Source: Candidatus Spongiisociaceae bacterium
GTDB lineage: Bacteria; Actinomycetota; Acidimicrobiia; Spongiisociales; Spongiisociaceae
Reading direction: 5' to 3'
NCBI GenBank assembly: GCA_965219685.1
Contig: CBDCOH010000002.1
Location: 1,344,001 to 1,408,000, forward strand
Length of the DNA stretch: 64,000 nucleotides
The notes below the pieces were generated by a model. The model did not search any database and was not told the DNA's origin. It saw only the letters and a list, made by a program, of their open reading frames with translations. The translations under genes were made by a program, and so were the position numbers. Shown here one piece after another: positions 48,268 to 57,422 of this stretch (positions within the stretch are counted from its first letter, which is position 1; each line of letters begins with the position of its first letter).

Positions 48268-48374
48268 TGGCCTCGTTATGCAGTTAAGCAGGAAAAGGTA
48301 CTGACACTACCTTGAAGGAACCAGGTTGAGGGCTGCGCGCATCGAAACGTCCCGCTCGGACTCCTAAACGGGGA

Positions 48375-48405
48375 AGGTGGTGCCCCGATTATCGGGGCAC
48401 CACCT
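48375..48405 (-). terminator. Strong hairpin downstream of the SBP gene
   Basis: AGGTGGTGCCCCGAT-T-ATCGGGGCACCACCT perfect inverted repeat. Confidence 0.75.
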
Positions 48406-48429
48406 CTTAGAACTGGGCCACCCGTGAGA

Positions 48430-49608
48430 TCAGCAGTCCAGGAGCGACGCTCCGCAGCCGGCGAACGCATCATCGAGCAAGCTGGTGTCGATCATCGCTT
48501 CGGGACTGGGAAGGTTCTCGATGCCGGTCAGGCCCAGGACGTCCCACATGGTGGACGCCATGAGATCGAAATCCATCTGGAACAGGCCTTTCTCGTCGGT
48601 GAGGCTGCTCGTCATCAGAGGCACCTGAGCGTCATGGACGGGCCGCTGGAACGAGATGTCCATGCCGAGCTCGGCCCCGCCCCACTTGTTCATCATGAGG
48701 TCGATGGCGGTGTCGGGATCGGCGAAGGCCGCTTCCCAACCCTTGATCATCGCCCGCAGGAACCCCACCATCGCATCGCGGTTCTCGTCCAGGAAGCTGC
48801 GGTTGACGAATGCCAGGTCGTGGTACATCTGCATGCCGAGTTCGGCATAGGAGACGGCCACGTTGTCGACACCCATGAAGTCGAGGATGACGGGGTGGCT
48901 GTTCATGTAGTTGATCTGGCCCCGCACCAAGCCTTCGGCCACCGGTGACGGATCGAAGCCGACCGGGACCATGTCGTAGCACCCGGCTTCCAGCCCGTTG
49001 AGGACCAGCAGGGCATCGAGCTGGACTATGTCACCGGGGGTGGCGCCGATCTTGCTGCCGCAAATGTCGCTCGCAACCAGGATCGGGTCGGAGGCCAGGG
49101 AACTGATCCCCAGGATGCCCTCCTGCAGCCTGGTACCGAAGATCACGAATTCGTCGCCCTGTGACACCGCATCGGCGATGATGGCCAGACCGCCGAAGCC
49201 GATGTCCGCAGCTCCCCCGGCCAGGATCTGGACGGGGTGTGGGACGTTCGGGCCCCCGTACTCGAACTCGGGCGCCACGTTCTCATCGGCGAAGAACCCC
49301 AGTTCGTCCGCCATGTACAGGCCCAGGAACCCAGGATCTGCCGTCCAGTTGAGCCGGACCCGGATAACGGTCGGCTCCATGGGAGCTTCGGTGGTCGGCG
49401 CCGCGGTCGTCTCCGGAGCGGCGGTCGTAGCCGGCGCAGCGGTCGTGTCCGGCGCTGCCGTCGTGGCGGGCGCCGCGGTTGTCGCGGGCGCTGCGGTCGT
49501 GGCGGGCGCTGCGGTCGTGGCGGCAGGCTCGTCGTCACCACACGCGGCGGCCAGCAAGGCCAGCACGAGGATGACCCCGCCCAATCGTGATCTGGATGAG
49601 TACTGCAA
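48430..49608 (-). CDS. ABC substrate-binding lipoprotein, NMT1/THI5 family (paralogue of 34117-35292)
   Basis: AGGAGG then TTG 49608; lipobox LAAAC; AAPATT repeats; LNWTADPGFLG; both paralogues end GCGxSLLDC. Confidence 0.88.
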   Translation of the reverse strand: MQYSSRSRLGGVILVLALLAAACGDDEPAATTAAPATTAAPATTAAPATTAAPDTTAAPATTAAPETTAAPTTEAPMEPTVIRVRLNWTADPGFLGLYMADELGFFADENVAPEFEYGGPNVPHPVQILAGGAADIGFGGLAIIADAVSQGDEFVIFGTRLQEGILGISSLASDPILVASDICGSKIGATPGDIVQLDALLVLNGLEAGCYDMVPVGFDPSPVAEGLVRGQINYMNSHPVILDFMGVDNVAVSYAELGMQMYHDLAFVNRSFLDENRDAMVGFLRAMIKGWEAAFADPDTAIDLMMNKWGGAELGMDISFQRPVHDAQVPLMTSSLTDEKGLFQMDFDLMASTMWDVLGLTGIENLPSPEAMIDTSLLDDAFAGCGASLLDC

Positions 49609-49706
49609 AGGGTGCCTCCTACAACGCATGCGCCTTAAGTCTGCCACCCTGTCTCCCCGAATGGGAATGCGATCCGGCGCGAATCCGATGGGATCCCGGA
49701 ACGGTC

Positions 49707-51431
49707 TCAGAGCATCCGCTGCTGGCCGCGTTCCTCGAGCCGGCTGGCCCCTACGTACACGACGACCGACAGTACGACTATCACAACTGCAGAACCCCAG
49801 GCCCGAGGCATTTCGAGACCGGCATAGGAGATGGCGAAGAGCCACCCGAGTCCGTCGCGGCCGGTGAGGAACTCTCCCAGGATGGCGGCGACGATCGCCA
49901 GGGCCCCGTTCAGCCGAAGGGCGGTGAGCAGGTCGGGCACCGCAGACGGCAACGCCAGGTGGCGCAGCCGGGCATGCCGTCGCGCTCCCATGACCGAGAA
50001 GACATCGTCGGCACCAGGAGGGGTGGAACGGAAACCGGAACTGACCAGAACGAACGTCGGGAACATCGACACCAGGGCGGCCACCGCCACGACGGTCGTC
50101 CGCGTGTAACCGATCACCCTGGCCATGATCGGCACGGTCGCCACCAGCGGCACCGAGTACATGATGATCATCGGCGTGGTAAGCATTCCCTTCAGCACCG
50201 GAGACAGCCAGCCGGCCAGTGCCACTGCCAGCCCGATCAGGCTTCCGACCGCCAAGCCCACCGCAGCCATCTGCAGCGTATTGAACGTGTATTCGAGGTA
50301 GGTACCCGGGTCGGCGGCGATGTCGCTCACCACCGACGAGGGGGTCGGCGCCACTATGGGACTCACCTCCCAAACCGTGACCGCGAACTGCCAGAAGCCG
50401 ATGACGACGACGAACGGCCACACCGTGAGGGCGATGTCGCCCACTCGCCGGCGCCAAGAGGGGGACTCCCCGTGCCCCTCCGTCGATCCGCCGGTACCCG
50501 CCAACTCCCTGACGTCTTGGCGCACCGAGAAGTCACGACGCCGGACCAGTTCCTCTATCAAGGCGAGGAACCCGAAGGCCACGATCGCTATGAACGCGGT
50601 GAGCCCGGCCGCGGCCCACAGCCTGGCCGTGAAGAACTGCTGGAGCGCGACGACCATCACCAGGCCCAGTCCCGGCTCGGTCGTGCCGAACCACTCGCCG
50701 AAAACGACGCCGAACATGGCGGCGGGAGCGCCGAGCTTGGCCGCGTACACGATCGAGGGCAACACCGCCGGCATCTCGAGCCTCCAGAACCGGCCGGTCC
50801 TGGAAGCGCCCAGAACGGTGAACACATCCTGGTGGGACCGGCTCACGAGGTTGAAGCCGGAACTCACCGCGATGAAGCTCGAGAAGAACACCGCCAGGCT
50901 CGCGAAGACCAGCGGGGTCGCGGACGACGAGACCACCATGACGATGAGCGGACCGAGAGCGATCCAGGGAATGGAGTTGACGACGGTGGCAAGGCGACCG
51001 ATTCCCCGCCGGAGCGGGGTGATGAGCAACCCGACGATGGCCAGGGAGACGCCCAGTGCCATTCCGGCGGCGAAGCCTCTCACCGCGTCCCAGATCGTGC
51101 CTATGCCGGCTCGCCAGAGTATCTCCCTGTCATCGGAGAGAGACTTGAGAACATCGGAAAAAGGCGGCCAACCCCTACCGAACGCCTCGGCTTGGCCGAC
51201 CAGTTCCCAGGCGGCGAGGAGGACCGCGACGCCCCCGATCCCCAGAACGGCTGATCGCCAGCCCGATATGTCCTTTGCGGGGATGGCTAGGCGCCCTTCG
51301 ATCGACCGGAGCCGGTGCCGCTCCGGCAGTCCGTACCCGACCACCGTCGACCCGGTCGTGACGATGACAAGGCCACCACCGCTAGTCCTGTGCGGCCGAA
51401 ACCGAACCCTCCGGTTGCCATGTCCGATCAT
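49707..51431 (-). CDS. Fused double ABC permease (two NitT/TauT TM domains)
   Basis: N-half matches 32312-33079 (NSIPWIALGP, GEWFG) and C-half matches 33079-33915; start uncertain. Confidence 0.85.
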   Translation of the reverse strand: MIGHGNRRVRFRPHRTSGGGLVIVTTGSTVVGYGLPERHRLRSIEGRLAIPAKDISGWRSAVLGIGGVAVLLAAWELVGQAEAFGRGWPPFSDVLKSLSDDREILWRAGIGTIWDAVRGFAAGMALGVSLAIVGLLITPLRRGIGRLATVVNSIPWIALGPLIVMVVSSSATPLVFASLAVFFSSFIAVSSGFNLVSRSHQDVFTVLGASRTGRFWRLEMPAVLPSIVYAAKLGAPAAMFGVVFGEWFGTTEPGLGLVMVVALQQFFTARLWAAAGLTAFIAIVAFGFLALIEELVRRRDFSVRQDVRELAGTGGSTEGHGESPSWRRRVGDIALTVWPFVVVIGFWQFAVTVWEVSPIVAPTPSSVVSDIAADPGTYLEYTFNTLQMAAVGLAVGSLIGLAVALAGWLSPVLKGMLTTPMIIMYSVPLVATVPIMARVIGYTRTTVVAVAALVSMFPTFVLVSSGFRSTPPGADDVFSVMGARRHARLRHLALPSAVPDLLTALRLNGALAIVAAILGEFLTGRDGLGWLFAISYAGLEMPRAWGSAVVIVVLSVVVYVGASRLEERGQQRML

Positions 51432-51442
51432 CCCTTCGGGGT

Positions 51443-51605
51443 GTGGTCTGTCTGCGAAACAACGTGGCGTGTTCTGCTTGCCAGGGGCGCCCCTCGCGGC
51501 GTTCCGCTTCCCGAACGTACCACTGCGGGTACGCCTCCGTCAGCGGGCCTTTCAAGGAACACAGCTGCCGGCGCGTACCACACCGCCATTCCGCAGACAG
51601 ACCAC
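51443..51605 (+). mobile_element. MITE/REP-like element, full copy
   Basis: TIRs GTGGTCTGTCTGCG ... CGCAGACAGACCAC followed by TAG. Confidence 0.8.
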
Positions 51606-51716
51606 TAGCTCAGATTCGAGGATGATACCCGCCGGGCCGGTCCGGCAAGCAGGACGGAATCCACGATGTGCCGGTGCGCGCGACTAGCGTTGCAACCCGG
51701 CACCCAAAGGGACGAC

Positions 51717-52367
51717 ATGAGGATTTTCACCGTTCAGGCCACCCTTCGCGACGAGCACCTGGAGAGGTTCGTGACAGCATCGATCGCCAATGCGAGTGCT
51801 TCCGTAACGACCGAGCAAGGATGTCGACGCTTCGACATCTTCCGCGACGACGCGGATGCCGCGAGGGTGGGATTCAACGAGATCTATGACGATGCCCGCG
51901 CAACCGACGCCCATGAGAACTCGGCACATTTCGCGACCTGGTTGTCGGCCACCGACGGGATGCTCGATCAACTGGTGTGGGCGAAGTGCCGCAACCTGTT
52001 CGCCGGGGGAACGCCATCCCAGAGCCGAACCGCCGATCCCTCCTCCACCGGCGGAATCGGCGTCTACCAGGCGCGTCTGTCGCTGCGGGCAGATGACGCC
52101 GACAGCTTCATCGCCTCGGTGACGGAACAGGCCCGCGCCGCGGTGGCAAACGAGCAGGCGCTGCTCCGGTTCGACATCAACCAGAACATCGACGTCTCGA
52201 CCGAAGTCTGGCTCTATAAGGTCCATGCCGACCCCGCGGCCGCAAGAGACCACGCGTCGGCGCCGTACACGGCTGCCCATCTCGACCGGTTCGGCGAGTA
52301 CTACTCGGAAGGGTCGCCCAGCCCTATCTCCGGAACGAACATCTGGCCTCCCGACGCCGGATGGTGA
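51717..52367 (+). CDS. Tandem-domain antibiotic biosynthesis monooxygenase (ABM/LsrG-like) protein
   Basis: EQGCRRFDI..EIY...HENSAHFATW and a second EQALLRFDI..LYKVH...HASAPY. Confidence 0.8.
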   Translation: MRIFTVQATLRDEHLERFVTASIANASASVTTEQGCRRFDIFRDDADAARVGFNEIYDDARATDAHENSAHFATWLSATDGMLDQLVWAKCRNLFAGGTPSQSRTADPSSTGGIGVYQARLSLRADDADSFIASVTEQARAAVANEQALLRFDINQNIDVSTEVWLYKVHADPAAARDHASAPYTAAHLDRFGEYYSEGSPSPISGTNIWPPDAGW

Positions 52368-52437
52368 CCCCACCGGTGTCCTATCCCAGCTGCGATGAGT
52401 GTCCGGTGGTATCGGGCAGGAGAGTGCGGACCCTCGG

Positions 52438-53391
52438 CTAGATGCGCGGGGTGACTTGGAACGAGAAGAGGTCCGAGCGGCTGTAGTGGCCGGCGACATC
52501 CAGATCGAACTTCCCTCTGATGGTGTTCGAAAGGTCGATGTCGGCGAACAGGATCTCCTCGCTTCCATAGTGGGGACCGGCCAGGACTTCGCCGAAGGGA
52601 TCCACGATGCAGCTGCCTCCCCGGGTGATCACCTGGTCGGGATCATCTCCGAAGGCGGAGGCGTAGTCGGTGGGATAGTCGGCACGGGTGGTGTACTGGT
52701 TGGCGGAGAGCACGTAGCAACGGCCCTCCACCGCGATGTGTCGCATCGACGCGGTCCAACTGTCCCTGGCGTCGGCGGTGGGAGCGCACCAGATCTGGAC
52801 ATCCTGCCGGTACAGGGAGTAGCGGAGCAACGGCATGTAGTTCTCCCAGCATATGGCAGCTCCCAGGTTGCCGTGCCTGGTCCGGTGGACCTCCAGCGTG
52901 GACCCGTCGCCGAAGCCCCATATGAGGCGCTCGGACCCCGTCGGCATGACCTTGCGGTGCTTGGCATAGAGGCCCTCGTCGGGTGAGAGGAACAGAACCG
53001 AACAGTACAGGGTGCTCCCGCCCCGCTCGATGACCCCGATCACGATGTCCAGGGCCAGTTCGCGTGCCACCTCCGCAAGCCGGTCGGTCACCGGGCCGGG
53101 CACATCGACCGCCGAGTCCCAGTAGCGGAGGAACATGTCCCGTCCGGCCTCGCTCCTGGACCCGACCACTGCACCGAAGTCGAGACCGCGCGGGTAGGCG
53201 GACAGGAACGCCTCGGGGAACACGACCAGGTCGGCGCCCTCGGACCCGGCCTGCGTGGCCAGATCGATCGCTTTGGCCAGAGTGGCCTCCCGATCGAAAC
53301 CGACCGGCGCCGCCTGCACGACCGCCGCCCTGAACGTCCGCCCCGCCCGGTGCTCAGCCGCGGAGTGCTCGTTAGGATCGGCCATCGACAT
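52438..53391 (-). CDS. Nitrilase (carbon-nitrogen hydrolase)
   Basis: Catalytic triad motifs FPEAF, KHRKVMPT, AICWENY. Confidence 0.93.
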   Translation of the reverse strand: MSMADPNEHSAAEHRAGRTFRAAVVQAAPVGFDREATLAKAIDLATQAGSEGADLVVFPEAFLSAYPRGLDFGAVVGSRSEAGRDMFLRYWDSAVDVPGPVTDRLAEVARELALDIVIGVIERGGSTLYCSVLFLSPDEGLYAKHRKVMPTGSERLIWGFGDGSTLEVHRTRHGNLGAAICWENYMPLLRYSLYRQDVQIWCAPTADARDSWTASMRHIAVEGRCYVLSANQYTTRADYPTDYASAFGDDPDQVITRGGSCIVDPFGEVLAGPHYGSEEILFADIDLSNTIRGKFDLDVAGHYSRSDLFSFQVTPRI

Positions 53392-53457
53392 CGCCGATAG
53401 AGGCTAGTACCGGCAGGGCCTGCCGGAGCAGCCGCCCAGATCTCCCAGGGGGTTCCA

Positions 53458-53895
53458 ATGTCCGTCCGAAGGTTCACAGAAGTCGAGGCCTACCAGCATG
53501 CCGACGACGGCTACTACTACCGCCCGCTGGTCGCCGGGAAGGAGTTGTTCTCCTACGTGGCGCACGTCCCCGCCGGCGGTTACATGCCACCCGACGCGGA
53601 GGAGGCCGAGCTGTTCGAGTTGTCCCTGTTCATGCTGGAGGGAGAACTCGACGGGATACTCGACGAGGACCGGGTTGCCCTCACCGCGGGGGACGCGCTG
53701 CATATTCCGAGAGGCATGCCCTTCGGCGTCGAGAACAGGGGCTCGGCAACGGTCTCTTTCGTGTTGAGCTTCGCTCCCCCGCCTCCCAACGTGGACCTCG
53801 ACACCATGAAGCAGTCGGCCATCGACCGGGGGCGGGTGGTCGTCGAAGCCTCCGACGTCGAGGACGTGGTCGGCCCGGTCAGCTTCCCCCGATAG
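53458..53895 (+). CDS. Cupin domain protein
   Basis: FMLEGEL...LTAGDALHIPRGMPFGVEN; the usual metal His residues are not evident. Confidence 0.8.
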   Translation: MSVRRFTEVEAYQHADDGYYYRPLVAGKELFSYVAHVPAGGYMPPDAEEAELFELSLFMLEGELDGILDEDRVALTAGDALHIPRGMPFGVENRGSATVSFVLSFAPPPPNVDLDTMKQSAIDRGRVVVEASDVEDVVGPVSFPR

Positions 53896-53929
53896 GGTCG
53901 GCGGCTGCTGGCCCGTGGGCGGTGACCCG

Positions 53930-54922
53930 ATGAGCGCCAACCGCTCCTACCGGGAAGAGGATCGTGCTGTCGAGGTCGACGGCGCAACGCTGGCCGGGAC
54001 GCTCGCCCTCCCCACCACGGAGGGCCCGTGGCCCGTGACGCTCCTCCTGGGAGGCACGTTCTCGGATCTGAGGGATGCTGATGTGGATCCCAGGCTGTGG
54101 CCGGGGGTGCCCAGGCGCGGCATGTACGCGATCCTCGCCCGCGGGCTGGCGGAGGCGGGCATCGCCTCGTTCCGCTTCGACCGCAGGGGCGCCGGCGAGA
54201 GTACGGGAGAGTTGGGCGTCGAGCGCGCCCAGGAGGTCGCTGACGCCGGGACCGTGTGGCGATGGGTCAGGTCCCTTCCGGAGTGCAACGGCAGGGCGGC
54301 CATGCTGGGCCACAGCGCCGGCGCCTACGTGCTGTGCCGGGTGGCGCACGAAGTGGGCCAGCCCGACGCGGCGGTGCTCCAAGGCGCCCTGTACCGCACG
54401 ATCGCCGAACTCCTCGAATACAACTACCGCCTGGTACGCGACTACCTGGGCCTCGGGGAATCCGAGGCGGCATGGGTGAGGGAGAACTCCCCGAAGGCCT
54501 ACGAGGATGCGATGATGATGGACACCATCGTGGGGGCGATCGAGAACAGAGAGCCGCAGGCCGTTGCGGAGCTGAAGGGCGATAGGAGAACCCGTGACCT
54601 GTCGAGCCTGCGGTACGACCTGGACCTTCCTCCCGAGGAACAGTTCCGCCACCTGGCCGCCCCCGCCCTCGTGCTGCACGCCTCCGAGGACCTGAACGTC
54701 CCCGTGGAGGACGCCTTCGACACGGTCCGCGCCTTGTGGGCCGCCGGGAACCGGGACGTGGAGTTGAGGGTGGTCCCGGGCGCCAACCACTCGTTCCAAC
54801 TGGACGCCGAGGACTACGCCACCCGGGTGCGGGAGAAGATCACGATGAAGAACTTCGGGCGACCCTTCCATCCCCTCTATCCGAGAGTCGTGATCGACTA
54901 CCTGACAAGAACGCTCCTCTGA
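53930..54922 (+). CDS. Alpha/beta hydrolase
   Basis: LAGTLALP, FDRRGAGES, GHSAG, ASEDLNV, GANHSF. Confidence 0.9.
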   Translation: MSANRSYREEDRAVEVDGATLAGTLALPTTEGPWPVTLLLGGTFSDLRDADVDPRLWPGVPRRGMYAILARGLAEAGIASFRFDRRGAGESTGELGVERAQEVADAGTVWRWVRSLPECNGRAAMLGHSAGAYVLCRVAHEVGQPDAAVLQGALYRTIAELLEYNYRLVRDYLGLGESEAAWVRENSPKAYEDAMMMDTIVGAIENREPQAVAELKGDRRTRDLSSLRYDLDLPPEEQFRHLAAPALVLHASEDLNVPVEDAFDTVRALWAAGNRDVELRVVPGANHSFQLDAEDYATRVREKITMKNFGRPFHPLYPRVVIDYLTRTLL

Positions 54923-55045
54923 TCCTGCCGCAAGGTTCCAATGCTGTCATTGTTCGCTCTGCCCCGACTTTGATCGGGGCTAACCTCGGCGTTGGGGCCT
55001 GTGATCGGCCAGCCGTACACGTCGTGTACCTGTTAGGAGAGTCCG

Positions 55046-56470
55046 ATTAGCTCGCGATCCGTCACCTGCGACCTTCTCATCAGCGGCGGCGTGGTCGTCA
55101 CCGTCGATGACCGGCGTCGCGTGATCGATCCGGGCGTGGTGGCGATAACCGGAGACCGGATCGTCGGGGTCGGGAACCGGCACGACATGCGCCACTACCA
55201 CGCGGACCGGGTGATCGACGCTTCCGGTGCAGCGGTCCTACCCGGGCTCGTGGACACCCACCAGCACCTGTTCCAGTACCTGACCCGCGGTCTGGGCGAA
55301 GGTCTGGAGCTGTGGCCCTGGTTGTCCGACTTCATGTGGCCGGTGACCACCGCCATCTCCCCCGAGGAGGCGAGGATCGGCGCGCAACTCGGGGCTGTCG
55401 AGGCGGCCCGCTCCGGCGTCACCACGATCCTGGACAACCATTACGCCCCCACCGACTTCCAATCCACACTGGCCGTGGCCGACGCCATAGCCGCGGTCGG
55501 ACTGCGCGGTGCGGTTGCCAGGGGCATGACCGGGGAACTGACCGAGATGGCGGCCAAGCACGGCCTGGCCGGCGAGTTGTTCCGCTACTCCAACCAGGAG
55601 GAGCTCGACATCACCCGGGCCTGCATCGAGGCTCGTCCACCCGGCGCCCGCGTCGGCGTCTGGCCGGCCCCCCTCAACATCATCTACGTCGACCAGCAAC
55701 TCGTGGTCGATGCAGTAGGCCTGGCCCGCGAGACAGGCACCGGCTGGCACTCGCACTGCTCGGAGGCAGCGAACGACCCGGTCTTCTACCTGGAGGAATA
55801 CGACCGCAGGCCGGTCGAGTGGCTGGCGGAACAGGGCCTGTTGGACCGGCGAGCCACCCTGGCCCACGGGATCTTCCTGGATGACCGCGAGGTCGAACTG
55901 GTCGGGGACTCGCGGACCGGCATCGCCTACTGCCCCATCTCCCATCAGTACATCGCCTTGGGGGTGATGCGTCTGCGCGACCTCCGCAGGGCCGGCGCCA
56001 CCGTCGGCCTCGGTCTCGACGGGGGAAGCGGGCACCGGCTGGACATGTTCGCCTGCATGAAGCAGGCGGTCCTCCTGCAGCGGGTCCACACGCAGAACCC
56101 CACCGAGTCCAACGGTGAGGAGGCGATAGAGCTGGCCACCAGGGTCGGTGCCGAGTACATGGGGATCGAAGCCGGCGTGATCGCCCCCGGAAAGCTTGCG
56201 GACCTGGTGATCGTGGACCAGTCCGCTCCCCACCACGCGCCACTCCACCGCACGGTGGCATCGGTTGTCTACTCGACCAGTCCCTCCGACGTGACCCACA
56301 CGATCGTGGGGGGCGAGGTCATCTTCGAGAACGGGAGCTGCACCATGGTGGACGAAGCGGCGGTAGTGGAGGAAGCCAACGGACGGGCGGCCGACCTCGT
56401 GTCGCGGGCGGGGCTGACCTCCCTTCTCGAGCCTTGGCGTACAGCCCCGGCGGCTTCGGGCAAGGAGTGA
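55046..56470 (+). CDS. Metal-dependent deaminase/chlorohydrolase (SAH/MTA deaminase-like amidohydrolase)
   Basis: PGLVDTHQH, HSHCSE, LAHG, GKLAD. Homology to the paralogue extends 5' of GTG 55091 to an ATT codon at 55046. Confidence 0.9.
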   Translation: MSSRSVTCDLLISGGVVVTVDDRRRVIDPGVVAITGDRIVGVGNRHDMRHYHADRVIDASGAAVLPGLVDTHQHLFQYLTRGLGEGLELWPWLSDFMWPVTTAISPEEARIGAQLGAVEAARSGVTTILDNHYAPTDFQSTLAVADAIAAVGLRGAVARGMTGELTEMAAKHGLAGELFRYSNQEELDITRACIEARPPGARVGVWPAPLNIIYVDQQLVVDAVGLARETGTGWHSHCSEAANDPVFYLEEYDRRPVEWLAEQGLLDRRATLAHGIFLDDREVELVGDSRTGIAYCPISHQYIALGVMRLRDLRRAGATVGLGLDGGSGHRLDMFACMKQAVLLQRVHTQNPTESNGEEAIELATRVGAEYMGIEAGVIAPGKLADLVIVDQSAPHHAPLHRTVASVVYSTSPSDVTHTIVGGEVIFENGSCTMVDEAAVVEEANGRAADLVSRAGLTSLLEPWRTAPAASGKE

Positions 56471-56560
56471 GACATCGGCTGGAGGATATCCACAGAGTGG
56501 CGGTTGTAAGCGCGTTCCAGGTCTGTTCCGCTTAGCTCACGTTCACGATATGATCTGTCT

Positions 56561-56920
56561 ATGACTACTAAGACAAGATACTACAACGTTACCGGGCGGG
56601 ATTTCCTTACCAAGGCTCGGAGCTACCTAGCCGAGGGAGACCTGCTGCAAGCCTCCGAGAAAGGCTGGGGCGCTGCCGCCCAAATGGTTAAGAGCGTCGC
56701 CGAGGCCCGAGGATGGCCCCACAACGGGCATCACGAACTATGGCGTGTGGCCAACCGCCTCGTGGACGAGACCGGAGACCGGGACATTCGGACCGCATTC
56801 ACTGCTGCCGGCGCCCTGCACACCAACTTCTACGAAGGCTGGTTACCTCGCGAACACGTCGAGGACTGCCTTGCCCAGGTCGAGGAGTTGATCTCGAAGC
56901 TGGAAGCTCTCGCCGCCTAG
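56561..56920 (+). CDS. PaREP1-like (HEPN-related) protein
   Basis: GDLLQASEKGWGAAAQMVK...LHTNFYE. Confidence 0.8.
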   Translation: MTTKTRYYNVTGRDFLTKARSYLAEGDLLQASEKGWGAAAQMVKSVAEARGWPHNGHHELWRVANRLVDETGDRDIRTAFTAAGALHTNFYEGWLPREHVEDCLAQVEELISKLEALAA

Positions 56921-57186
56921 CCGGCGGATGCCGGGTGTCTCGGCTCACGACCTTTCATCCTCGCCCGCCAGGCGCCATCAAGTCGCGAAAAACGCCGAGG
57001 TCCATCCCTGCACAGGGCCCGCCCCCAACCTCCACCTTGCCTGGGCGTGGGCGCGAACCCCTGGTCCGCCACCGTGCAGATGCTCCGCGATCATGTTCCC
57101 TCGGGCGGTCGAGCCGACGTCGAACGCTGGACCGCCGGGTGCTTGGTCAGATACGAGTAAGCGTGCCGGAAGGGTGTGACAGGGTC

Positions 57187-57337
57187 AACCCCCCTGTGCC
57201 TCGGGCTGTGCGCCCGGCTCGAACCCTGGCAGGGTCAAGTACCCTCACAGCCCACTGGTTCTCCGGCTTCAACCAATCTCCTGGGGTTGCCGCCAGGCAG
57301 GCCGGATGCAGAGAGTCGAGGCACGAGCGGGTAGGTT
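57187..57337 (-). ncRNA. Structured RNA candidate, 6S-like rod
   Basis: Nested pairings on minus: GTGCCTCG/CGAGGCAC, CCGGC/GCCGG, CCTGGCGG/CTGCCAGG, ATTGGTT/AACCAGT; motifs GGAG, CTTGAcCC..GGGTTCGAG, GGCAC. Confidence 0.4.
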
Positions 57338-57422
57338 CTGTACGGTTTGTGCCGACCCGGCGGTCTCTCGAAGCCACGGTGGCCAGCGCCGGGAGCAGTC
57401 AGTTGTCTGGAAAGGAAAACCG

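Noticed and set aside
48430-50457. 675-aa ORF as a permease-SBP fusion
   Set aside because: The N-terminal 283 aa are an off-frame read of the permease gene; the signal peptide, lipobox and RBS start at 49608.
57255-57300. CTTCAA near the selenoprotein operon as a possible tRNA-Sec anticodon loop
   Set aside because: No acceptor stem, T-arm or CUUCAAA loop geometry; the sequence fits better as part of the long rod structure.
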